From: a virus
Lineage: Duplodnaviria; Caudoviricetes
Reading direction: 5' to 3' (one strand)
DNA: 43,103 nucleotides
Virus record (IMG/VR): IMGVR_UViG_3300032257_000031
Coordinates: 1 to 43,103 of that record
In this document: positions 34,887-43,103 of the stretch, one piece after another
Position numbering within the stretch: the first letter of the stretch is position 1
How the letters are laid out: each line of letters begins with the position of its first letter
Program-made: the position numbers and the translations under genes
Notes under the pieces: model-generated
Databases searched by the model: none
What the model saw: the letters and a program-made list of their open reading frames with translations, nothing else
Told to the model about the DNA's origin: nothing

Positions 34887-35324
34887 ATGACTTATAAACC
34901 TACACGATTTACACAACTTGAGGCTACTAACGGCCTCATTCAAGGCACGGGTTCTGTCGAAGACATTACCGCAGCCAAAACACTTACCTCTCAAGACAAT
35001 GGTAAGACATTCTTTCTCAATGCCGCCGCAGGAGCGACGGTAACGCTTCCGGCTATTGCAGCAGGGCTACGATTTGAAATTATTGTTGGCGCTCTTTTCG
35101 CTACAACTAACTGGGTCGTCGCATCTGCCGAGGGCGACAACATTGACGGCTCGATTGAAGTAGCTGGCGCTGTTGTTGTTGCTGGCGCAGAAGATCAAAT
35201 CAACTTCGTTGCCTCAGCAGAAGCATTAGGCGATAGAATCTTTCTGATTTGCGATGGCGTCCAATGGTTTGTTTCTGGTACAGCCGCGCTAACTGGTGGT
35301 ATTACTGTCACCGATCCAGCTTAA
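34887..35324 (+). CDS. Virion structural protein (head fibre / decoration-like)
   Basis: TLT..DNGKTF.LNAAAG.TVTLPA..AGLRF...DG.QWFV beta-rich pattern. Confidence 0.6.
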   Translation: MTYKPTRFTQLEATNGLIQGTGSVEDITAAKTLTSQDNGKTFFLNAAAGATVTLPAIAAGLRFEIIVGALFATTNWVVASAEGDNIDGSIEVAGAVVVAGAEDQINFVASAEALGDRIFLICDGVQWFVSGTAALTGGITVTDPA

Positions 35325-35336
35325 TAGGGGGCTATC

Positions 35337-35732
35337 ATGGCTACAGTAAAGGTACTACATAGCGGTGGCCGTAACTACATCGTCAACATCACAGGCGCGT
35401 TCAGCGTCTCCGATGAAACTGACGTTATTGTAGTTGATCGATCCGCCCTAACAACCGCTAACGGCAATGTTCCCAACAAGATCCGAGTGAATGAAATCAC
35501 ATGGGCTGTTGGCGTTGGTTTTGATTATGTTCTATTGGAATGGGACGACGCCACTGACGAAGTAATTGAATATCTGCAAGGACAGGGGTATATGGATTAT
35601 TCTACGTTCGGCGGAAAATCGCCAGCCGCAGATCCAGGTGGCGTAGCTGAGGGTGATATTATCCTTAGCACGTCAGGGGGCGCTTCTGGCGATACGTACT
35701 CCATTCTTCTTCACTGTATTCTCAAGGATTAA
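35337..35732 (+). CDS. Putative virion structural protein
   Basis: L.WD.ATD, GDI...T, YSI.L...K pattern; structural operon. Confidence 0.55.
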   Translation: MATVKVLHSGGRNYIVNITGAFSVSDETDVIVVDRSALTTANGNVPNKIRVNEITWAVGVGFDYVLLEWDDATDEVIEYLQGQGYMDYSTFGGKSPAADPGGVAEGDIILSTSGGASGDTYSILLHCILKD

Positions 35733-35734
35733 CT

Positions 35735-36223
35735 ATGACAGACATTAAAGCGACAGAAATAGTAGGCGATTTGCGTAAAGCGCATCGCCTATTTAAAGTG
35801 TTTGAATCAGCCTTGGACGCGGCAGAGGTCATGTCAGGAGCGGAAAAAAGAAATGCTGATTTAGAAAAAAGAAACGGCTATTTGGTTGCCGAAAAGGAGG
35901 ATCTAACCGCTGAAATATCAAAGCTAAACAAGTCAAAGAGCGGATTGGTTAAGAAGATCAAAGAGCTTACCCCGCAGCTTGATGAGGTTTCGGCAGAGGT
36001 TAAATCTGTTGCAGATAGCTATATCCGCGAAGCCAACGACAAGTCTACAGCCATTCTGGATGACGCCAATGGCAAGCTAAAAGAAATTAATACCAAGACA
36101 AAATCAGCCCTTGCTTCGATGGAAGATGCCATCAACAAAAAGGCTCAGGCCAGCAAGCAATTGCTTGATATTGAGGCTCAAATCTCAAATGCTAAGCAGG
36201 CCATGATTAAGAAGTTTAGCTAA
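35735..36223 (+). CDS. Coiled-coil protein
   Basis: Heptad-rich Ala/Lys/Glu sequence. Confidence 0.6.
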   Translation: MTDIKATEIVGDLRKAHRLFKVFESALDAAEVMSGAEKRNADLEKRNGYLVAEKEDLTAEISKLNKSKSGLVKKIKELTPQLDEVSAEVKSVADSYIREANDKSTAILDDANGKLKEINTKTKSALASMEDAINKKAQASKQLLDIEAQISNAKQAMIKKFS

Positions 36224-36232
36224 GGAAGCGGT

Positions 36233-36736
36233 ATGACTTTAAAAAATGAGCTAATAAACGACCCACTAGCACTAGGGTACGCGACTATGACTGACGCTCA
36301 GGTTGTCACGTCAATTAACAATCCTATTTACTCAAATACTAATCCTGTAGGGAAGATATACGAGTATCTGTTTAACAAGAATCATCGCACTAATCAGGTT
36401 TCTGATACTCAATACGTGCCTATTATTGGTCGATTAACAATGGCAGCAGAGGCGGCGGTAGGTTCAGATCCATTTGGTAGAGGTGCTGGAAAAGAAATAA
36501 ACCTTATCCAAAAAACAGCCTGCATCACATTACTTGAATTACTGAGAAGCCCTAACGCACCATCAATAGATTTTACAGATTCTAACTTTCCATTAGGCTC
36601 TGTAAACGGCGCTGGTGTTATCTCAACATTGCAGAAAACCGCTATTGAGGCATTGAGCGCAAATCAAATAAGTCGAGCGCAGGATTTAGGCTTACCTAAA
36701 GTTAAAACATATCATGTAACGGAGGCTAGAGCGTAA
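36233..36736 (+). CDS. Hypothetical structural-module protein
   Basis: LKNEL.NDP..LGY...SRA..LGL..V....V..AR. Confidence 0.6.
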   Translation: MTLKNELINDPLALGYATMTDAQVVTSINNPIYSNTNPVGKIYEYLFNKNHRTNQVSDTQYVPIIGRLTMAAEAAVGSDPFGRGAGKEINLIQKTACITLLELLRSPNAPSIDFTDSNFPLGSVNGAGVISTLQKTAIEALSANQISRAQDLGLPKVKTYHVTEARA

Positions 36737-37284
36737 TGCCAACAGAAGCACTCGTAAAGAACGGTACACCGGTCGTATGGGCTGATACCACAGATTACAC
36801 TGGAACCGTCTCAGGCTTAACCAGAACATCGCAGATTGACCTAACCAGCGTAGCGTCAGGTGCATCACGGCAAGGCGCTAAAGTCGATTTGGGGGCAACA
36901 CGCGCAGCTAAGTATGAAGTATTGATTGCGGTTGAGTTTGCCTCTGGCGCGATTAGTGATGAAACAGTCGATATTTACCTTGCGTGGTCGCCATCTTCTA
37001 CGGCAGCCAACGCGAATCCGGGCGGCGTTTCAGGCTCAGACGCAGCATATACAGGTACGGCGGGTGATTCATTAGCAGATTCTGTCAAACAGTTAGAATA
37101 TGTTGGTTCTTTAACCACTACAGCAGATCAAACCACAGTCGTTCAATACGGCAAAGTCGGCGAGCTATTCGCACCATCACGTTATGTTAGCCCTGTTTTG
37201 GTAAATAACAGCACAGGCGCATTAGTCGCTGATGCGGTAGAAATGTATATAGCCCTCATTCCAATCATTGATGAGCTTCAATAG
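36736..37284 (+). CDS. Putative beta-sandwich virion protein
   Basis: Ala/Thr/Ser-rich; TAATG coupling. Confidence 0.55.
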   Translation: MPTEALVKNGTPVVWADTTDYTGTVSGLTRTSQIDLTSVASGASRQGAKVDLGATRAAKYEVLIAVEFASGAISDETVDIYLAWSPSSTAANANPGGVSGSDAAYTGTAGDSLADSVKQLEYVGSLTTTADQTTVVQYGKVGELFAPSRYVSPVLVNNSTGALVADAVEMYIALIPIIDELQ

Positions 37285-38046
37285 ATGGGCATAAGACGGA
37301 CAATTCCGCATAAGGTAAAGCCTAGCTATCCGGTTGGCATTGACTGGTCTAATCCTTTAAGTAAAGGGTTGGTTTCAGCTTATCTTGGTGACGAATATGT
37401 GCAAGGTAGGCCGAGCGGTCTTATCGCCAAGTCAGGCACAGTAACAAAACAAGCCGATTTTATAAATGTTGACGAAGCTGCTTATATAGATTTTGACTCT
37501 AATGTGTCAGGCGCAACAGAGTTAACCGTTATTACTTTGGTAAGAAGAAATAGCGGTTCAGGTTACGGATCTTTCGTAGGCACAGAAACCACTTACAATG
37601 CTTCATTTTTATTCGGCGTTGAAAGCGGCGCTGCAACTCAATTTATCATAAATAGTAATTGGGCGCCTTCTGGTACTTTAGGGGCGGCGGTATTTGCAAC
37701 GCGAGCAGTAACTTATAATGGGGGATCTTTCCAAAGAATATATCTTAATGGCGAACTTGACGCAGAAACAACAACAACTGTTCCTGCAAGTATAAACTCG
37801 CACACTACTATACGCATAGGAAAGAACGGAGGTTACGGTGAGGACTTAGATGTTAAGTATACTTATATATTTAACAAGGCTTTATCACACGCAGAAATAA
37901 AAGAGCTTACCGACAACCCATACCAAATACTCCAACCCCGCACCCAATACATACCTATAGCGGCAGAGGTTCTTGCGGCTATAAATGGCGGGATGCTTTC
38001 GTCTAAGATAATGCGTAGACGAATGAGGCGAGGTCGGCATGGGTGA
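37285..38046 (+). CDS. LamG / ConA-like lectin-fold protein (possible receptor binding)
   Basis: IDWSNPLSKGL, AVTYNG...IYLNG, IFNKALS.AEI..L..NPYQ. Confidence 0.7.
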   Translation: MGIRRTIPHKVKPSYPVGIDWSNPLSKGLVSAYLGDEYVQGRPSGLIAKSGTVTKQADFINVDEAAYIDFDSNVSGATELTVITLVRRNSGSGYGSFVGTETTYNASFLFGVESGAATQFIINSNWAPSGTLGAAVFATRAVTYNGGSFQRIYLNGELDAETTTTVPASINSHTTIRIGKNGGYGEDLDVKYTYIFNKALSHAEIKELTDNPYQILQPRTQYIPIAAEVLAAINGGMLSSKIMRRRMRRGRHG

Positions 38047-38308
38047 TCATTATGTTTCAGGCTCTCACAACTTCATCTGCGATATATGCGGATTTGAGTA
38101 TAAAGCCGAGAATAAGCGAAAAACATGGGATGGCAAGATTGTCTGTAAGGCAGACTGGGAGCCACGACACCCGCAGGACTTTGTTCGCTCTAAATATGAC
38201 AAGCAAAGCATAGAAGATTCTCGCCCTAGAGCGACAGAAGTTTTTGTATGCGCTCCAGTTTATGAAGCTGATGTATATTACCCGAATGTTTATGAGGAAT
38301 GTGTATGA
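38039..38308 (+). CDS. Conserved Zn-binding hypothetical protein
   Basis: ICDICGF.YK...WDG..VC..DWEPRHPQ. Confidence 0.7.
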   Translation: MGDHYVSGSHNFICDICGFEYKAENKRKTWDGKIVCKADWEPRHPQDFVRSKYDKQSIEDSRPRATEVFVCAPVYEADVYYPNVYEECV

Positions 38309-38793
38309 CCACGATAATAACGAGATCATCTAAGGGGTCTGCGATAAGCGCGACAGAGAACGATGCCAATCTTAATAACCTGAATAACGATAAAGTAGAA
38401 GAAACCTCTGGCGCATGGACGCCCGTTTTAACTGACACAATAACTCCGGCGACGCTTTCTACAGCCTACGGCGACTATGTACGAATAGGTAGCATGGTAC
38501 ACGCCAAAGGACGGATTACAGCAAGCGACATAACCGGAATGTCAGGGGCGATAGTTATACAAGGCCTCCCATTCACATCATCATCTACACCGAACAGCCA
38601 TGGCGGCGGAGCTGTCACTGGTGCGTCAGGGCTGTCTATCACAGCAGGACAAAGCCTTGCGTGCAGGGTTAGCGTTAACTCCGCAGAGATTAAAATAAGA
38701 AAATGGTCGGCAACCACTGGCACAGCAGAGCTTGACGCAGCCAATCTAACTGCGACTGTCGATATTCAGTTTGAAGTTACGTATTATGTTTAG
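38305..38793 (+). CDS. Short tail-fibre-like protein
   Basis: R..KGS.....E.D.N..NLN.DK anchor; G.WTP, G.YVRIG.MV, I.GLPFT. Confidence 0.65.
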   Translation: MTTIITRSSKGSAISATENDANLNNLNNDKVEETSGAWTPVLTDTITPATLSTAYGDYVRIGSMVHAKGRITASDITGMSGAIVIQGLPFTSSSTPNSHGGGAVTGASGLSITAGQSLACRVSVNSAEIKIRKWSATTGTAELDAANLTATVDIQFEVTYYV

Positions 38794-38802
38794 GGGCGAT
38801 TA

Positions 38803-39738
38803 ATGGCTACTTCTGGATCAACTGACTTCTCAGTTTCACGCGACGACATAATCACGGAAGCGTTAGAGCATTGTGGCGTTTTGGCAATGGGGCAAACCCC
38901 TAATGCAGCGCAATTAACGTCGTGTAGCAGAACTTTAAACATGATGATTAAACATTGGATGGCTGACGGCCTCCAGTTGTGGAAGATTCAGCGTGCGACC
39001 ATATTGCTTGAAAAAGGCAAGACAGAGTACGATTTATCCGCGACAGGAGATCTAGCCACTCAATCATACGTTGAAACCGCTCTTTCTGCCGCCTCTGCTG
39101 CCTCTGACACAACTTTAACCGTTGATTCCATAACAGGCATATCTGCAAGCGATGTTATCGCCATACAGCTTGACGACGGCACGCTGCACAAAGACGCAGT
39201 AAACGGCGCACCTTCTGGCTCAACCGTCACAATAACTACAGGTTTGTCCTCTGCCGCCGCAATAGATAGACCTGTGTACGCATTCACAACCAAGATTAAT
39301 CGCCCTAATCGGATTATTAATGCGTTCACAAGGGATTCAAGTGGTAATGATGTTGATGTTGATCTTATCTCAAGAGAGGAATACTGGAGATTAGGCGATA
39401 AAGACGCCTCTGGCACGCCTACACAGCTTTACCATGATCCGCAATTAGCGGTAAATACGGTAAGAATATTCCCTGCGCCGGATGATGTGACTGTTTCAAT
39501 GGAAATAACCTATGAAACGCCTATTGAGGACTTTGATAACGCATCTGATACCCCAGACTTCCCGCAGGAATGGTACGAACCACTAGCGACTAACCTTGCT
39601 TTAAGATTAACCACTAAATTCGGCACACCGGCCGAAACGACTCAAAAGATTGCCCTTCTCGCAGAGAAATCTTACATGATGGCGATAGAATTTGACAACG
39701 AAGACACTAGCATAATGCTTGTACCGGATTCACGTTAA
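38803..39738 (+). CDS. Head-to-tail adaptor (P22 gp4 / tail tubular A-like)
   Basis: MATSG..DF...II.EA, LN.M...W, ISR.EY...K...GTP, P.PD, DFPQEW. Confidence 0.75.
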   Translation: MATSGSTDFSVSRDDIITEALEHCGVLAMGQTPNAAQLTSCSRTLNMMIKHWMADGLQLWKIQRATILLEKGKTEYDLSATGDLATQSYVETALSAASAASDTTLTVDSITGISASDVIAIQLDDGTLHKDAVNGAPSGSTVTITTGLSSAAAIDRPVYAFTTKINRPNRIINAFTRDSSGNDVDVDLISREEYWRLGDKDASGTPTQLYHDPQLAVNTVRIFPAPDDVTVSMEITYETPIEDFDNASDTPDFPQEWYEPLATNLALRLTTKFGTPAETTQKIALLAEKSYMMAIEFDNEDTSIMLVPDSR

Positions 39739-41300
39739 TGCCTGTCCAGACAGTTTCAGCGCCATTAGTGGCCGCAACACAAAGAAGATCAAGGGCTACG
39801 CTTGGTGGAGGGACTGGATACGCAAACGCAGCCCCCAGAGGAAAGGGTAAGCAGTATATTAATTGCTATCCGTACTCAGAGGGAGGAGAGGTCTATATCC
39901 GGCCTAGAAACGGATGGGAGATCGATACAATAGTGCTGTCAACTGGTGTAACGGCAGTGCGAGGATTATTTAGCTGGAACGTAGATGGCTCTGTGTACTC
40001 AGCGATAGATAGTAAAGTTTATAAAGACACGACAGCTAACGCTGCAACGATAGTTAATGGATCTGCTTCAAATGTTTACTTTACCTCTATCGACACTGGG
40101 ACGCAGTACGTTGTCGCCCTGACAGAAGATAAAATGTACACGTATGACACAGCTTTTACGCAGGTTGCTGTAACAGATGGCGATTTCCCGACAAACTTAG
40201 TTCCAGGCATCGTTTCATTGGACGGCTTTATTTTTGTAATGGATAACCAAGGGTTTATTTATAACTCAAATGTCAATGATCCGACCGCGTGGAATCCAGA
40301 AGATTTTATTAATGCAGAATACGAGACAGATAAAGGTGTTGCGATACACAAACTAGGTAATTATGTAGTGGCTTTAGGGTCTAATACTGCCCAGATATTT
40401 TACAACGCCAGCTTATCGCCAGGCTCTCCACTAAGGCCAATCAAGCAAGCCACAAGAAACATAGGATGCTATGACGCGAATACCGTCGCATCTGCGGAAG
40501 ACTCGATGTATTGGGTTGCTGAGTCAGACGCGCCCGGCTCGCTAGGGGTTGTTATGCTTCAAGGCACTACGATAAAAAAAATATCGCCTCCGTGGGTTGA
40601 TGCTATCCTTGACACCTACAGGGCGGCTTCTGGGAAAGGGCTTCCTTTGTCATCAACAAATCAGCCAGCATTTTGTTATCGAGACAGGGGGCAGCTCCTA
40701 TATGTCGTTTCCACTGGATCTAGCTCTATTTGCTACAACGCAATCAATGGGGAATGGGCTGAATGGACGGCGGTTACTGGGGGGAAAAGCAACCCGATAC
40801 AATATTCTACAAATGGGATATTGTTTGGCCAGCCAGATCAAGGGTATTCCGGTAGCGATAGCTTTAAATGCCTACAGCAGCATAGAAACCTTGGCGCAAC
40901 GAGCGCAAATACATGGATCTCTGTAGATACGAATTTGGAAGATATAGGAAACCACAATTCGGCAACATTTACTCAGAACTTCTTTGCCGAATTCTATCCT
41001 GTAATCATAACAGCCAATATTAATTTAGGAACAAGGGCTAATAAATTCCATCATATTCTTGAGGTTATTGGCGACAAAATGACCTCAACTTCAAATGCTG
41101 TCATCTCATATTCTGACGATGACGGGAACACATGGGTTGCGGCTGGAACTGTGGATATGAACGATTTTAGGCCACAGCTTCATGCTCTAGGCAGGTTTCA
41201 GGAAAGGGTTTTTTGCATTGAAATGGAAGCCCAGCAGCGGATTAAAGCCCTTGAATTAACTGTAAACGTAGGCGCAAACGCAGAAGGAACTAACGCATGA
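39738..41300 (+). CDS. Tail hub / DNA stabilisation protein (P22 gp10-like)
   Basis: N.YP, VRG, LDGFIF, S...DPTAW...F..AE...D, ISYSDDDG.TW. Confidence 0.75.
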   Translation: MPVQTVSAPLVAATQRRSRATLGGGTGYANAAPRGKGKQYINCYPYSEGGEVYIRPRNGWEIDTIVLSTGVTAVRGLFSWNVDGSVYSAIDSKVYKDTTANAATIVNGSASNVYFTSIDTGTQYVVALTEDKMYTYDTAFTQVAVTDGDFPTNLVPGIVSLDGFIFVMDNQGFIYNSNVNDPTAWNPEDFINAEYETDKGVAIHKLGNYVVALGSNTAQIFYNASLSPGSPLRPIKQATRNIGCYDANTVASAEDSMYWVAESDAPGSLGVVMLQGTTIKKISPPWVDAILDTYRAASGKGLPLSSTNQPAFCYRDRGQLLYVVSTGSSSICYNAINGEWAEWTAVTGGKSNPIQYSTNGILFGQPDQGYSGSDSFKCLQQHRNLGATSANTWISVDTNLEDIGNHNSATFTQNFFAEFYPVIITANINLGTRANKFHHILEVIGDKMTSTSNAVISYSDDDGNTWVAAGTVDMNDFRPQLHALGRFQERVFCIEMEAQQRIKALELTVNVGANAEGTNA

Positions 41301-41455
41301 TTAGATTTACGCAAGTCCCGCTATCAACAAATTTTGGGCATTCTAATCAGGATACGGGTCAGGTGGACATGGGCTTTATATGGCAAGAATTCTTTAGGGA
41401 GTTAAACGACGAATTGCAGCGCCCAGCGAAGCAGTTTTTCTTTAATTTATTATGA
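41297..41455 (+). CDS. Small tail-associated protein (not in ORF track)
   Basis: ATGA overlaps at both ends; W..FF..L motif. Confidence 0.5.
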   Translation: MIRFTQVPLSTNFGHSNQDTGQVDMGFIWQEFFRELNDELQRPAKQFFFNLL

Positions 41456-41769
41456 GCGGAAGACTAGGCGCATTAGACACGCAAGCCGCCACGAACGAGC
41501 TGCTTTACCTTGCTCCGCAGAATAAGACCGCGACGGTTATTGTTCAGTTTTGTAACCGAACCGGCACAGCGATAACGGTCAGATTGGCGCATATTGATGA
41601 CAACGTGATTACTTCCATAGCTGACGAAGACTACCTTGCTTATGGGGTGTCTGTTGCGGCTAACGCAACACTCGAATATCGAGGCATTGTTGTTGGCTCT
41701 CAGCACTGTCTAATGACGTGGGCTTCGGCAGTAGATATGTCGATAACGTGCCACGGCTTTGAGGAATGA
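41452..41769 (+). CDS. Putative virion protein
   Basis: LY.AP....A......CNR...I.VRLA...G.E. Confidence 0.6.
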   Translation: MSGRLGALDTQAATNELLYLAPQNKTATVIVQFCNRTGTAITVRLAHIDDNVITSIADEDYLAYGVSVAANATLEYRGIVVGSQHCLMTWASAVDMSITCHGFEE

Positions 41770-42170
41770 GGGTAAAAGACCCCGCCATTATAAAAGCAAT
41801 TCTTGAGCATGAATCTATTAACATGACTGAAAACCTAACAGTAAATGACGATATTTACTGGCTAACCAATCAAGAAAATGATTGCTTAGCTTGTGCGTAT
41901 CGGTACGTCAATGACGTGTATATGTGCCACATCTATGTAAAGAAGTCGGCAAGAGGCAAGAAAGCAATTCAATTCGGTAAAGATTCGATCAAGTGGTGGC
42001 AAGACAATACATCTGCTATCAAATTAGTCGGTTTTACCCCTTCATATTTAAAACACGCATACCTTTATGCTTTGCGGATCGGCTTTAAGAAACAAGGGTT
42101 TTTTAGAGACTCAATCAAGCATAATGGCAAGATGTACGGGCATTACATAACAGGAGTATCAAATGGGTGA
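41766..42170 (+). CDS. GNAT-fold protein (DUF2824 / P22 gp14 / T7 gp13-like)
   Basis: CH.Y....ARGK.A...A..IGFK..G; immediately before the ejection genes. Confidence 0.7.
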   Translation: MRVKDPAIIKAILEHESINMTENLTVNDDIYWLTNQENDCLACAYRYVNDVYMCHIYVKKSARGKKAIQFGKDSIKWWQDNTSAIKLVGFTPSYLKHAYLYALRIGFKKQGFFRDSIKHNGKMYGHYITGVSNG

Positions 42171-42705
42171 TGTTGTAGGCTCAATCGTTGGCGGGGCTAT
42201 CAGTAGCTCAGCAGCAGGTGACGCGGCAGACGCGCAAGTTGCGGCCGCACAAATACAAGCAGACTCAATACGCGAAGGGCTGGACTTTCAGAAAGAGGTT
42301 TATAGCGAAAACAGGCAAGATTTTGCGCCTTATCGTGGGGTTGGGTACAACGCGCTTTATGCCATGTCTGATATGCTAGGCCTTCCTAGACGATTCGGTG
42401 AGTCAGAGGCTTTTACCGACTTCTCTGATACATCGGAATACACGCCTAGAGACATTCTTGCAGAGCAGGAAGCCGCGGCAGCGCCGACTGACGGCACGCC
42501 AATGCCGGATATGCAAGATCAAGATATGCAGGGCACTCAAATGCCCGCCACTCAAGGCCAGCCTCCGGCTCAGCTAATGCAGCAGATACCGCCACAAGTC
42601 CAACAATTTCAGCAAATGACAAGACGGGCTGACCCGCGATTAATGCAGGGGAAGCCTAAAATTGACCCTCGCTTACTACAACTTCAACAGTCTGGAGGAA
42701 GATAA
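42163..42705 (+). CDS. N-terminal half of a gp7-like ejection protein
   Basis: G.IVGG..SS.AA..AA.AQ...Q.E.Y...R.D.APYR..G.NAL..M..MLGL, then a Gln/Pro-rich tail. Confidence 0.75.
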   Translation: MGDVVGSIVGGAISSSAAGDAADAQVAAAQIQADSIREGLDFQKEVYSENRQDFAPYRGVGYNALYAMSDMLGLPRRFGESEAFTDFSDTSEYTPRDILAEQEAAAAPTDGTPMPDMQDQDMQGTQMPATQGQPPAQLMQQIPPQVQQFQQMTRRADPRLMQGKPKIDPRLLQLQQSGGR

Positions 42706-43103
42706 TGTATTCCCCGCAAATCCCTTTGAATCAATACGGGCTTGGCCCAACCGCTAGAGAGTTAATGGCACAAAGCCAGGAATTTGGATCTACCCCCTTT
42801 CTTGACGGTTACGGAAGGGTTGTTGACCAGCCCGCGGCCGACCAAGGCGTACTCGAAACTGACCCAACTCCAATAAGACCCTCGCCTGACAGAGATATGC
42901 AGCAGGATAAGATAGACGCCCTAGCAAATGGGGCTGTCGCCACTCAGCAGCCCGTATCAAGACGCCCCGCCAGCCAGTTCGAACTAACTGGCGGACAGTA
43001 CGGGTATGAGGGGGCTAATTGGGGCAACCCAACTGCGTTAGGCGCTTTTGGCTATCAACAGGGAGACACCTTCGATACAGCAGGATCAAACGTCCAGAAC
43101 TTA
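42705..43103 (+). CDS. 5' part of the second gp7-like ORF (continues at 2-808)
   Basis: GGAGG RBS, TAATG coupling, open to the window end. Confidence 0.75.
   Translation, partial: MYSPQIPLNQYGLGPTARELMAQSQEFGSTPFLDGYGRVVDQPAADQGVLETDPTPIRPSPDRDMQQDKIDALANGAVATQQPVSRRPASQFELTGGQYGYEGANWGNPTALGAFGYQQGDTFDTAGSNVQNL
42977..43103. repeat. Copy of bases 1-127
   Basis: Exact match. Confidence 0.95.

Noticed and set aside
42977-43103. Terminal repeat as a biological DTR
   Set aside because: 127 bp equals a common assembler k-mer, and the repeat falls mid-gene; it shows circularity, not the virion ends.
1-43103. tRNA genes, reverse transcriptase/DGR, alternative genetic code
   Set aside because: No tRNA cloverleaf or YxDD RT gene noticed; long genes are intact in the standard code. 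A tRNAscan/HMM run would be needed to exclude them fully.

Overview
The window is an apparently complete, circular ~42,976-bp tailed-phage genome; bases 1-127 are repeated at 42977-43103, which looks like assembler overlap. The early region is lambdoid: a leftward arm with Sak, Lar and HNH genes, and a rightward arm with a Cro-like fusion, O/P-like replication genes, a nin-like region and a Q-like antiterminator. The virion module is P22/podovirus-like: TerS, TerL, portal, GroES-like co-chaperonin, scaffold, HK97-type major capsid protein (MCP), adaptor, gp10-like hub and three ejection proteins, followed by an M15 endolysin cassette. I found no integrase or CI repressor. The MCP gene is split after codon 10 by an 888-nt group I intron that encodes a GIY-YIG endonuclease. 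The most unusual signal is a set of small ORFs built from pieces of proteins that bacterial immunity senses. At least four ORFs (20809, 21140, 26458, 26919) contain segments of the phage's own MCP family, and two of them start with twin-arginine (Tat) export signals. One ORF (20025) carries the TerL Walker-B segment, and one (5974) carries the EF-Tu G1/P-loop motif. These may form an undescribed decoy/mimic anti-defence system. Other points: an HNH gene inserted with a recoded copy of its host gene's 3' end, a Cro-HTH-HNH gene with an AP2 domain behind an A7 frameshift, a structured non-coding region before a headless replication initiator, a split gp7-like ejection gene, and an inverted LPD29-methyltransferase cassette beside the likely packaging start. 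All homology calls are by-eye motif recognition; no searches were run.
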